A stretch of 64,000 bases of DNA from Acutalibacter sp. GTDB taxonomy: Bacteria; Bacillota; Clostridia; Oscillospirales; Acutalibacteraceae. Shown here piece after piece: positions 27,026 through 35,705 of the stretch (positions within the stretch are counted from its first letter, which is position 1; every line of letters starts with the position of its first letter). Position numbers and translations under genes: made by a program. The stretch lies in the NCBI GenBank assembly GCA_022511515.1, contig JAFLRP010000128.1:3851-67850 (forward strand), given 5' to 3'. The notes under the pieces are model-generated. The model saw only the letters and a program-made list of their open reading frames with translations, searched no databases and was not told the origin of the DNA.

Positions 27026-27912
27026 ACCGCCGCCTCCTTTGAGGTCTCTCGGAAATGGTAGAGGTACAAATCTTCCAGATTGGGTTGGACGGGTACGCCA
27101 AGGGGACAGGAATCCCCCACAATTCGTAGTAGGACTTGTTCTCCCTGACTCTGCACATTGCCCACTAGAGCCTTAGCCTGCCAAGCGGTGACCTCCTTGG
27201 GCGCAACTGCAAGGGAAAATACCTTTCCCACCATGCTTTCCCGCAACGCTTGCGGTGTATCCCGGGCAATGAGCTTTCCCGCCCGCAGCATCAGAATGTC
27301 CTTGGCGATAAATTCAATGTCCGAGACAATGTGGGTGGTCCAGATCACGATTTTGTCCAGCGCCACCGTGGCGATAGTGTTTCTGAGCCGTACCCGCTCC
27401 TGGGGGTCCAGCCCTGCGGTGGGTTCGTCCAAAATCAGGAGCTTCGGGTCGTTTAAGAGGGCTTGGGCAATGCCCAATCTTTGGCGCATGCCGCCGGAAA
27501 ATTCCCCGATCTTCCGCCGTGCGTCCCCTTGGAGGTTTACCGTTTCCAGCAACCGGTCCACGGTAATTCCCAGTTCCTTCTTGCTCAGCTTCATGCCCTT
27601 TACCGCCGCCATATAGCAAAGAAATTCGTCCGCCCGGAAAGATTTGTACAGGGAGGGCGTCTGGGGCTGAAAGCCTAAGATATCCCGAAATCTCCAGTCA
27701 AGAACGGAAATGTCCTCTCCGTCCCATAACACTCTGCCACCAGTGGGTCGCAAAATGCCCGCAATGATATTCACCAGCGTGGTTTTCCCCGCGCCGTTTG
27801 GTCCAAGTAATCCGTGTACGCCCTCGTTTAGGGAGAAAGATACCGTATTAAGCGCCTTACAATTCCGATAGTCCTTTGTGATTTTCTCTACAGAAAGTTC
27901 CATATATAACAT
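27022..27912 (-). CDS. ABC transporter ATP-binding protein
   Basis: Walker A GPNGAGKTT, the signature FSGGMRQR and Walker B LLILDEPTAGLD are present. Confidence 0.9.
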   Translation of the reverse strand: MLYMELSVEKITKDYRNCKALNTVSFSLNEGVHGLLGPNGAGKTTLVNIIAGILRPTGGRVLWDGEDISVLDWRFRDILGFQPQTPSLYKSFRADEFLCYMAAVKGMKLSKKELGITVDRLLETVNLQGDARRKIGEFSGGMRQRLGIAQALLNDPKLLILDEPTAGLDPQERVRLRNTIATVALDKIVIWTTHIVSDIEFIAKDILMLRAGKLIARDTPQALRESMVGKVFSLAVAPKEVTAWQAKALVGNVQSQGEQVLLRIVGDSCPLGVPVQPNLEDLYLYHFRETSKEAAV

Positions 27913-28958
27913 TATCCTTTCCCATCATTCTTGATAAGCTGTATTTTTGCAGAAGCCATTGTATCAGGGGAAATGTTTTCCAGATCAAGCGGAACTGAAA
28001 CAGTATAAAAACTAACACTCTTTGCAGCTTCTAAATCAATCTGAATCGGCAACTGTAGCATTTCTTCCTCTTTTGACACCCAATCGCAATAACGGTAAAC
28101 ATTGCCGTTATATGTAAATGGTGTAAGAACCCCGTCTAGGAGGAGAATAGTCCGATACATTCCGGGTTTCGATGCAACAGCTTCAAAAAGGAAAGAATGA
28201 TTATTATTTATAAGTAATTCTCTTGACCCAATAGAATCGTTTTCTAATACGACATAATTATCTTCCCACAGCCAAGCGTTATAAGCTCCATCTGTATACA
28301 AGCCCTGAAGACCATTTCTTTGCACAACTGTCCCACATAAAGGGTCTGGTACAAGTGGAGTCTTTTCACTTTCATTCTGTATAATTTTTACTGTGTAGCT
28401 GGTCATGTGATAGTCAGACAGAGGGTCCTCATCGTAAAACAATAGAAAATCTAATCTCCCTATGTTTTCACAAAATTCAGGTTCCATTTTAACATCTAAT
28501 TCAGTTTGTTGGTTCGATAGCAAAAGCGGATATTTTGTATAACTGTCGCCATCTATGTCAAAAGCGGTAGGGATTCCATCTGCCAGTATAATCATGTAAT
28601 AGGCCTGTGATTGGTTCAGCCCATTTTGAATAACGACTCTTGCGTTTACTTCCCTACCGTTAATTTTGTATGTATCGCTCTGCAAGTTTTCGGAAGACCA
28701 TTGCTGTTCGTATTCTGAAAGGCTAACCCATATCCCTGCCATCCATTGTACCGCCGGATTTTGAGCTAATTTTCCCATGCCATCTGGCATTCTAAGACCA
28801 CTTTCAGATTCTGAATCATTATTTTTTCCTTCGGTTAGAAAATCCTTGGAAGATGTGACCGAAATTCTTGAAATCGCATTTGTACCTATCGCAATTATTG
28901 CAAAAGAAATGATGAAAACAAAGGTCCAAATCAATATGCTTTCTATTGCTCTTTTCAT
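27912..28958 (-). CDS. membrane-anchored extracytoplasmic protein, unknown function
   Basis: It has a single N-terminal TM (ILIWTFVFIISFAIIAIG). The rest is hydrophilic and beta-rich. It sits in an operon with the ABC genes. Confidence 0.55.
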   Translation of the reverse strand: MKRAIESILIWTFVFIISFAIIAIGTNAISRISVTSSKDFLTEGKNNDSESESGLRMPDGMGKLAQNPAVQWMAGIWVSLSEYEQQWSSENLQSDTYKINGREVNARVVIQNGLNQSQAYYMIILADGIPTAFDIDGDSYTKYPLLLSNQQTELDVKMEPEFCENIGRLDFLLFYDEDPLSDYHMTSYTVKIIQNESEKTPLVPDPLCGTVVQRNGLQGLYTDGAYNAWLWEDNYVVLENDSIGSRELLINNNHSFLFEAVASKPGMYRTILLLDGVLTPFTYNGNVYRYCDWVSKEEEMLQLPIQIDLEAAKSVSFYTVSVPLDLENISPDTMASAKIQLIKNDGKG

Positions 28959-28962
28959 AATG

Positions 28963-30045
28963 TCAATACCCTAACAAATCCACTCTTGATCCGGTCTTGG
29001 AAACATAATAAACAGCGTTTTCTGTATTGTTTTCCTCACTTATGCTTATGACAATCATTTCGTCTGCGTCGGGTTCAAGCATATAAATTTGATATACAGG
29101 AACCGGAAATTCCACAAGTTTCTCTATTTTGGTCGGATCATCTTTTGGGAATCGATAAATGTCATGGCTGTCCGCATTTGTCATATTGTTGTCCGTATAG
29201 TATCGGAAATAGAAATAATCTTTGTCAAAATTCCAACTTGCAACTAAAACAGGTCGATCTGTGATCTGTTCAGGATTGCTTCCGTCCATCTGACAACGAT
29301 ACAACAAGCCGTCGCCGTATTTTGCATAATAAAGATACTTTCCATCTGTTATATAATCCGCATTCTCGATAAGCGTTTCAGGTTCAGCTCCTTCCTCTGA
29401 TAAGTTTAGCCTATGTATGCCTCCATATTGGTAGTATAAATAATCGTCACAGATTGCCTCCCAATAGCCGGTATACTCCTCAATCAGAGTTCGGGAATTC
29501 TGTTGATTACCATCCTCAAAGACCACGAGCGAAGAATCCGTTGTTGCTACAAAAAGATCGTCTCTGCCGTGGAAAAAGTGGGAAACTCCGCCATTGATTA
29601 GGGGTTCAAAGCGTCCATCGTTCAACTTCATGACCCGACCTGCCTTCTGCTCGCTTTTTCCATATACCTCCCCATTAAAGAACTCCAAATTTGATTCTAC
29701 CCTTCCTGCTATGCAAGTATCTGATACGTGGTCACAAGTGGCATCCTTACAAAAATTTGTCACAGTATTCGTTGCCATATCATAACTTAACAGGTCTATA
29801 CGCCCCTGCTCTTGATTAGTTTTCGTGAAAATGAGTTTTCCGTCTACAGTAACGAAGTTGCCGGAAGGAACATTTTTTTGCATATTTCCGTTTTGAATAT
29901 CTAGATTATGGTGTTTAGCAATAGTTTCGTTATTTGTAGCAGAAAAGTCTTCCGAACTAGCGGATGGTTCTTTACTTGTTGTAGAACACGCCGTCATCAT
30001 ACCAATAATCACAAAGATAATTAGTGCACTCCATGTCTTTTTCAC
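28963..30045 (-). CDS. lipoprotein, beta-propeller-like (DUF5050-like repeats)
   Basis: The signal peptide carries the lipobox MMTAC. Repeated YLYY/YFYF-type blades occur (KYLYYAKYGDGLLYRCQMDGSNPEQI). Confidence 0.6.
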   Translation of the reverse strand: MKKTWSALIIFVIIGMMTACSTTSKEPSASSEDFSATNNETIAKHHNLDIQNGNMQKNVPSGNFVTVDGKLIFTKTNQEQGRIDLLSYDMATNTVTNFCKDATCDHVSDTCIAGRVESNLEFFNGEVYGKSEQKAGRVMKLNDGRFEPLINGGVSHFFHGRDDLFVATTDSSLVVFEDGNQQNSRTLIEEYTGYWEAICDDYLYYQYGGIHRLNLSEEGAEPETLIENADYITDGKYLYYAKYGDGLLYRCQMDGSNPEQITDRPVLVASWNFDKDYFYFRYYTDNNMTNADSHDIYRFPKDDPTKIEKLVEFPVPVYQIYMLEPDADEMIVISISEENNTENAVYYVSKTGSRVDLLGY

Positions 30046-30124
30046 AATTATCCCCCCAAAAAGTTAAAAAGGAACAAAGAGATTTAATCACACCAAATTT
30101 CTTTGTTCCTTTTTTATTCCTCGA

Positions 30125-30529
30125 CTACGCGTAGACCTTCAAATTAGTCGACCAGTTCCCCCATCTTGTACCTCCCTCAACTTTATGCTGAGAGGTGGCA
30201 TAATAGCCGGATCTTGTCGAGGTTGCTGAATAAGCAGAACTTGTGCCCCTGACGGTAGGATTTGTGTGTTCTAAGCCCGTCGAAGGCACGATGTAAGTAA
30301 AGGTGACATATGTCGTCAGAGATACCCCATCAGTCGTTCCAGCAGTTGTTGTGGCAGTTGCGGAATTTGGATCGACAGTCAAAGAGGCCCAAACGTTTAG
30401 TGTGCCGGATGTTCCAGTAGTGGTGCCGCTTTTTGAGGTGGATCCAGCAAAGGCAGACATGCTGAACGTCAAACAAATAGCGGCTGCCAGAACAGCAGAA
30501 ATAATCCTTTTTGCCATATTCATATGCAT
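30125..30529 (-). CDS. small secreted Thr/Ser/Gly-rich protein
   Basis: The signal peptide AKRIISAVLAAAICLTFSMSAFAGS is clear. Alternative starts lie at 30523 and 30517. I do not recognise a family. Confidence 0.55.
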   Translation of the reverse strand: MHMNMAKRIISAVLAAAICLTFSMSAFAGSTSKSGTTTGTSGTLNVWASLTVDPNSATATTTAGTTDGVSLTTYVTFTYIVPSTGLEHTNPTVRGTSSAYSATSTRSGYYATSQHKVEGGTRWGNWSTNLKVYA

Positions 30530-30780
30530 CTCTCCTCTTTTGAAAAAAGTAATTATTCCGGTTCTTCACCAACCGCAGTACCGGCTGCCTGCGTTCCTTT
30601 CAGAAAAAGGGCTCGGTTGATCATTCCGTTCCCCTGCGGGCTTGTACCCGACCGGCGTCGGCAATCCGCCGATCATATCATAAATGCTTGCCGTGCATTT
30701 ACGAACAACTAGAAAGGTTCATTTTGCAAAGAGAACGTTTCTAAGTCACTATAGATTACCTCTCTAAGCATATATTTTTA

Positions 30781-30805
30781 TTTTTATAATAATTTATTAT
30801 AAAAA
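30781..30805. promoter_or_regulatory. 25-bp palindrome (12-bp perfect arms) in the divergent control region; candidate operator
   Basis: TTTTTATAATAA-T-TTATTATAAAAA sits between the divergent secreted-protein/ABC operon and the padR operon. Confidence 0.35.
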
Positions 30806-30822
30806 ATTTGTCAAGAAAAATC

Positions 30823-30851
30823 TTTACATTCCCAATTTTTTTTGGTATAAT
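30823..30851 (+). promoter_or_regulatory. sigma-A-type promoter of the padR operon
   Basis: TTTACA, a 17-nt spacer, then TGgTATAAT (extended -10). Confidence 0.5.
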
Positions 30852-30883
30852 ACCTAATGGCAAGTGACGAAAGGATTTTTTCC

Positions 30884-31222
30884 ATGGGTTTACGAGACAG
30901 CTTCAAAAAGGGATCGTTGGAAATGCTGGTTTTGGCACTTCTGAAAAGCGGCGATAAATACGGATATGAGATTTCCCATCTGATTGGCGAGCGCGGCTCA
31001 AATGTTCTTGCCGTCCCGGAGGGGTCTCTTTATCCTACTTTTTACCGACTGGAAAACGAGAAATACATCAGTTCCTATAAAAAGCTGGTGGGGGAACGCC
31101 GTACTCGGGTGTATTATCATTTGGAGCCTAGCGGTGAACAACGACTTGATCTTTTGGTCAAAGAGTATCAAATTGTCAGTCAGTCTATTCAAAAAATACT
31201 GACCGGACTTGTAGAAGAATAG
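30884..31222 (+). CDS. PadR-family transcriptional regulator
   Basis: LEMLVLALLKSGDKYGYEISHLIGERG...VPEGSLYPTFYRLENEKYISSY...RVYYHLEPSG is present. The ATG at 30884 has GAAAGGA upstream. The track start at 30857 sits on the predicted transcription start. Confidence 0.85.
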   Translation: MGLRDSFKKGSLEMLVLALLKSGDKYGYEISHLIGERGSNVLAVPEGSLYPTFYRLENEKYISSYKKLVGERRTRVYYHLEPSGEQRLDLLVKEYQIVSQSIQKILTGLVEE

Positions 31223-31234
31223 AGGAGGATCACA

Positions 31235-31645
31235 GTGGAAAATGCCATCGCTTGTGAGTATTTGAAAGAGATCAAGCGTACTTTGCCTGAGACTATTGCC
31301 GACAGGCGTAAATTCCTTGAAGACTTTGAAGAAAATCTGGAATCCTACTTACAGGAAAATCCCAATGCGGTTCGGGAAGACCTCGTTCATAGATTTGGTT
31401 CTCCCGAAGTCATTGTGGAATCTTTTCTGCCGGAAGCCCCCACAGGGGAAGTGCTGAGGACGGAGAAACAAAAGAAATTGCGCAAAAGGCTTATCATCGC
31501 CTTTTTTGCCATTTGTGCGATCATTCTGATTGCGCTGTTCGCATATCGCGTGTGGGATATGCATGGTTTCTATCATGGATATGCTGCGACAACTGGTGGG
31601 GAAGGAGAGCCCCCCGAAGATACTTCCGCCCTAGTTATCTTTTGA
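31235..31645 (+). CDS. PadR-associated membrane protein (DUF1700-like)
   Basis: The N-terminal helix YLKEIKRTLPE... and the C-terminal TM LIIAFFAICAIILIALFAY fit the family. It has a GTG start with GAGGAGGA upstream. Confidence 0.6.
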   Translation: MENAIACEYLKEIKRTLPETIADRRKFLEDFEENLESYLQENPNAVREDLVHRFGSPEVIVESFLPEAPTGEVLRTEKQKKLRKRLIIAFFAICAIILIALFAYRVWDMHGFYHGYAATTGGEGEPPEDTSALVIF

Positions 31646-31695
31646 AGAGCTTCTACTTATATATAGAAACAAAAAATTAAAAGGAGTCTTATATT

Positions 31696-32154
31696 ATGAA
31701 ACGGGTTTTTACTCTTGCCTTGTCTGTCTTGTTGCTTCTAAGTGCCATCCCTGTGGCAGCGACCGCTGCATCAGTAGACAAACTGGTGTCCACTTCCACG
31801 GAGTATTTTGACGACGGCAGTTATGCAATCATCGATGTGTACGAATCAGCGATTCAACCGAGGACAGGAAAAACTGGCTATGCCGAAACAACATACTATT
31901 CCGCAAACGGAACTCGGATTTTTAAGGTTACTGTTACTGGTTCCTTTGAATATACCTACGGTGTAAGTGCTTCCGCCACCAGTGCAACGGTTTCTGTGGC
32001 TATATATAATTCCAATACGTCCTTTGTCAGTAAAAACGCCTATACCAGCGGGGCATCCGCCGTTGGAAGCGGAACGGTAAGTTATTCTGGTAGTACCATT
32101 ACCAAGACAGCAAGAGTTACTTGCGATAAGTATGGTACTCTTTCCTACAGTTGA
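31696..32154 (+). CDS. small secreted Ser/Thr-rich protein
   Basis: The signal peptide is MKRVFTLALSVLLLLSAIPVAATAAS. The RBS is AAAGGAG. Confidence 0.55.
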   Translation: MKRVFTLALSVLLLLSAIPVAATAASVDKLVSTSTEYFDDGSYAIIDVYESAIQPRTGKTGYAETTYYSANGTRIFKVTVTGSFEYTYGVSASATSATVSVAIYNSNTSFVSKNAYTSGASAVGSGTVSYSGSTITKTARVTCDKYGTLSYS

Positions 32155-32715
32155 CTATTTACATCTCGAAAGAGTGCATTATGAGGACCCTATCTTCCCG
32201 GCTGCCAAGAATTTAAGAACAGTGTGAATCTGAAGGTAGGACTGGAAGCACGTATGGTAGTGTGAGCGTAAAGCATGGAAGTGTAACTGCTTCCAAAATG
32301 TCAGATTTAACATGCAACGGTTACGATGACCTGTTGTAATTCGGTTGCAGCATGGGGTGTGTCTGATTGAATTGGTCTGAACATGAGACAAGTTACCAAA
32401 ACAGTTTACAGAATAATCTCCCGGTAGTCGAGTAGTATTAAGGCTGCCGGGTTTTGTTTATTGTTTGGGGGTTCAAAATCTGCTTTTCCCGTTTTGCGGA
32501 GACCTCATTGTGAGTCGCTGTAGTCGAAAGGCTCATATCCCGATATCTCTTTATTCTAAAACATCCGTTTATTTTAGCTAGATATCCCAGCTGAGCTTTT
32601 ACTTTTCTCACTAACGCCATTGCTTTTTCTCTTCATCTATTTTATAATAAACCATCATCAATCCAAAACGTGACATTAAATTTTAATTTATAACATTTGA
32701 AAGGGGGAGATCACC

Positions 32716-34428
32716 ATGAAACAACCAGACACCCGCAGTTTTGCCATCTATTCCCGGAAATCGAAGTTTACGGGGAGAGGGGAGAGCATCGAAAATCAAA
32801 TTGAGCTGTGCAGACAGCGGCTGCGGTCCATGGAAGTGCCGGAGGAGCAGATCGTTGTGTTCGAGGACGAGGGCTTTTCCGGCGGCAACACCCAGCGCCC
32901 GCAGTTTCAGGCAATGATGCGGGAGATCCGGGTGGGGAACATTCAGGGCGTGATCTGCTACCGTTTAGACCGCATCAGCCGCAACGTGCTGGATTTTGCG
33001 GAGATGCAAAAGGAGTTCGGCGAGCATGGGGTGGATTTCATTTCTCTGCGGGACAATTTCGACACTACCACCCCCACGGGCCGCGCCATGATGCTCATGT
33101 CCTCCGTCTTTGCCCAGTTGGAGCGGGAGACCATCGCAGAGCGGATCCGGGATAACATGTACGAGCTGGCGAAAAGCGGCAGATGGCTGGGCGGGCGCAC
33201 GCCCACCGGGTACAGGAGCATTCCGGTCACGGGCAGCGTGACGGTGGACGGGAAAGTCCGCAGGGCGTATCGGCTGGAAACGATCCCGGAGGAAGCGGAG
33301 ATCGTGCAGCTCATTTACCGCAAATTTTTGGAGACCTACTCTCTTACCAAGGTGGACGCCTATCTGCTGGAGCAGGGGATCAAAACGAAAAATGGCAGGG
33401 AGTTTACCCGCTTCTCCATCGGCAATATTCTCCGCAACCCGGTCTATGCGGTGGCGGACGAGGCGGCGTGGGAATACTTTGAGCAAAATCAAGTGGAGGT
33501 CTACGCGCAGCGCGGAGATTTTGACGGAAACTGCGGCGTGATGGCATACAACAAGACCTCCCAGAAGCCGGGGAAAACCAACCAGACGCGGGCCATGGAG
33601 GATTGGATCGTCTCGGTGGGCAGGCACCAAGGGTTGATCTCCGGCGCGGACTGGGTGCGGGTGCAGGAAATCCTGGACCGGAACAAATCGAAATCCTACC
33701 GAAAGCCGAAAAGCAATGTGGCGCTGCTGTCTGGTTTGCTGTTCTGCGGAAACTGCGGCAGCTATATGCGCCCCAAGTTGACCATTCGACAGAACGCCGC
33801 GGGCGAGTACATTTACACCTATCTGTGCGAAAAGAAGGAACGCAGCCACGGATCGGTATGCAAACAAAAGAACATAAACGGCAACGAGCTGGATAAAGCG
33901 GTTTGCAAGCAAATTTGTGCGTTGACGGAAGACACCTCCGAGTTTCAGAAACAGATGAAAAAGGTCAGGACGGCGTTTGAGGGCAGTAACAGCGGGCATA
34001 GGAGCCGCTTGGACGCGCTGATGAAAGAGAGCAAGGAAAACGAGGTGAAGATCAAAAATCTGGTGGCAAGTCTGGAAACCGCGGCGGGGACGGCTTCCGC
34101 CGAGTATATCACCGGGCAGATCAACGAGCTGCATGAAAAGCAGCAGAAGCTGGAAAGCCGGATCGCCGAACTGGAAAGCCTGACTTGGGACACCGCGTAT
34201 TCCGACGCCGATTTTGCCGTGCTGCAGGAGGCTCTGGAAAACTTCAGCGTTGCCTTTGACACCATGACCGTGGAACAGAAGCGGGCGGCGCTGCGGGTGT
34301 TCGTGCGGAAAATCGTCTGGGACGGGGAAAATATCCATGTCTATCTCTTCGGCGACCCGGAGGGAGAAGTCGATTTCAGCAGCTTTCCGGCGGAATGTGT
34401 AGAGCCGATCGGCACGGATAGAAAATGA
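32716..34428 (+). CDS. large serine recombinase (SpoIVCA-like) of the sigK intervening element
   Basis: FAIYSRKSKF...ESIENQ carries the Ser nucleophile region. VICYRLDRISRN, the zinc-ribbon cysteines CGNCGSYM...YLCEKK...SVCKQ and a C-terminal coiled coil are present. The stop TGA spans the core/sigK boundary. Confidence 0.9.
   Translation: MKQPDTRSFAIYSRKSKFTGRGESIENQIELCRQRLRSMEVPEEQIVVFEDEGFSGGNTQRPQFQAMMREIRVGNIQGVICYRLDRISRNVLDFAEMQKEFGEHGVDFISLRDNFDTTTPTGRAMMLMSSVFAQLERETIAERIRDNMYELAKSGRWLGGRTPTGYRSIPVTGSVTVDGKVRRAYRLETIPEEAEIVQLIYRKFLETYSLTKVDAYLLEQGIKTKNGREFTRFSIGNILRNPVYAVADEAAWEYFEQNQVEVYAQRGDFDGNCGVMAYNKTSQKPGKTNQTRAMEDWIVSVGRHQGLISGADWVRVQEILDRNKSKSYRKPKSNVALLSGLLFCGNCGSYMRPKLTIRQNAAGEYIYTYLCEKKERSHGSVCKQKNINGNELDKAVCKQICALTEDTSEFQKQMKKVRTAFEGSNSGHRSRLDALMKESKENEVKIKNLVASLETAAGTASAEYITGQINELHEKQQKLESRIAELESLTWDTAYSDADFAVLQEALENFSVAFDTMTVEQKRAALRVFVRKIVWDGENIHVYLFGDPEGEVDFSSFPAECVEPIGTDRK
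34418..34426 (+). repeat. right copy of the 9-bp recombination core (attR) ATAGAAAAT
   Basis: It is identical to 7555..7563 and is read in the same codon phase (xAT AGA AAA T). Confidence 0.8.
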
Positions 34429-34786
34429 AATCCTCATGTTTTTCCGCAGCGGGAAAAAGAGCGCGCAGGATATTTCCATCAACGAGCCTATTGAGACGGA
34501 CAAATCAGGGAACACGCTGACGCTGATGGATACCATGGCGGTGGACGACACCATCATCGACAATCTGGATATCAAGATGAAAAGCGAGAAGCTGTACGGG
34601 CTTCTGGACAGCGTGCTGACCCGGCGGGAAAGGAGCATCATCTGGCTGCGGTACGGCTTGGGCGGCGGAAAACCCTTGCCCCAGCGGGTGGTGGCGAAGA
34701 AACTGGGCATTTCCCGGAGCTATGTATCCCGCATCGAAAAAAAGGCCCTGCAAAAGCTGCGGGGGCAGTTTGATGAGGAAGAATGA
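34427..34786 (+). CDS. sigK: sigK 3' segment (regions 3-4; spoIIIC-like)
   Basis: EILMFFRSGKKSAQDISINEPIETDKSGNTLTLMD...RERSIIWLRYGLGGGKPLPQRVVAKKLGISRSYVSRIEKKALQKL contains the region 4.2 HTH. It continues the RCIEN frame of the 5' segment. Confidence 0.88.
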   Translation, partial: EILMFFRSGKKSAQDISINEPIETDKSGNTLTLMDTMAVDDTIIDNLDIKMKSEKLYGLLDSVLTRRERSIIWLRYGLGGGKPLPQRVVAKKLGISRSYVSRIEKKALQKLRGQFDEEE

Positions 34787-34804
34787 AAAGGGAGCGGCAA
34801 AAAA

Positions 34805-35476
34805 CTACCGCTCCTTTGGCACAATGTGATACTGCCCGTCCGAGCGGGCGGTCATGAGGAACACTTCCGACTGGGTGAGTCCCGCAGCCTTGACACGGCT
34901 GCGCACCCAGTCTTTGTCTTTGCCGCAGAGCTTTAGGGAACTTTCCGAGAGCTCCCCGTCGCTGACTACCACCAATTCCAAAAATTCCGGCTTTACCTTG
35001 ACTCCCGCCTGTTTTGGGGTGAGGGGGTCGTCCTTCACGTGGCGCGTCACGCTCATCATGCCGTTGGTCTCGATGACCGCGTAGGCCACCTCCTCCAAAA
35101 AGAACACACCGTTCTGCCGGAGCTGCTCGAATAAATCCTCGGTGCTCATGCGGAGCTTGCGCATCTGGTCCTGTAAAATTTTCCCGTTTTCGATGACGAG
35201 AATAGGCTTGCCGCAAATGAGCTGCCGGAATTTCCCGCTTTTCAGCATGAAAAAGGACACAATGATTTCGCAGACGATCAGCGTCAGCATGGGGACAATG
35301 CCGTTCCACAGGGGCTCGTCGTGCTCCTGAATGGGCATGACCGCCAGTTCGGAAATCAGCAGGGTCACCACCAGCTCGGAGGTTTGCAGTTGGCTGATCT
35401 GCCGTTTGCCCATAATGCGAACGCCCAGCAGGATGATGGCATACATCAAGAGGGTGCGAAGCAAGGAAATCACCAT
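34805..35476 (-). CDS. DUF421 (YetF-like) membrane protein
   Basis: LLGVRIMGKRQISQLQTSELVVTLLISE is the typical N-terminal signature. A C-terminal soluble domain follows. Confidence 0.8.
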   Translation of the reverse strand: MVISLLRTLLMYAIILLGVRIMGKRQISQLQTSELVVTLLISELAVMPIQEHDEPLWNGIVPMLTLIVCEIIVSFFMLKSGKFRQLICGKPILVIENGKILQDQMRKLRMSTEDLFEQLRQNGVFFLEEVAYAVIETNGMMSVTRHVKDDPLTPKQAGVKVKPEFLELVVVSDGELSESSLKLCGKDKDWVRSRVKAAGLTQSEVFLMTARSDGQYHIVPKER

Positions 35477-35705
35477 AAGGCACGCTCCTTTTTGCGTTTC
35501 ATATTGGGAATATTTTTCTCAGCACGGGAAAAAATATCAGCGTGTCAAAAAGTTTTTTGCCACGCTGAAAGGTTTCCCAAACTTTGAAAAGTTTGGGAAA
35601 ACCGTTGATTGAAACGCGAAAGACAACCCTGACGGTTTTCTTTCACACTATCTTTCCCTCCGAGCTCTCTGGTTTGCAGGTTTTTGACAGGCTGAGATCG
35701 AAAAA

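Larger units (their letters stand above)
7555..34426 (+). mobile_element. sigK intervening (skin-like) element, ~26.9 kb, serine-recombinase type
   Basis: It is bounded by the 9-bp direct core repeat inside a split sigK. A large serine recombinase gene abuts the right core. The interior is compositionally mosaic accessory DNA. Confidence 0.85.

Noticed and set aside
32179-32715. Small ORFs (32179..32391 minus and 32438..32620 minus) upstream of the serine recombinase, considered as a possible recombination directionality factor or mother-cell promoter.
   Set aside because: The translations are not convincing and there is no RBS. I found no good match to sigma-E/K -10 (CATACA-T / CATA---TA) or -35 elements. 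I mention them only as candidates under the sigK finding.
32965-34710. A 581-aa minus-strand ORF lies opposite the serine recombinase and the sigK 3' segment.
   Set aside because: It is an antisense shadow with a low-complexity translation. It would also cross the att core.
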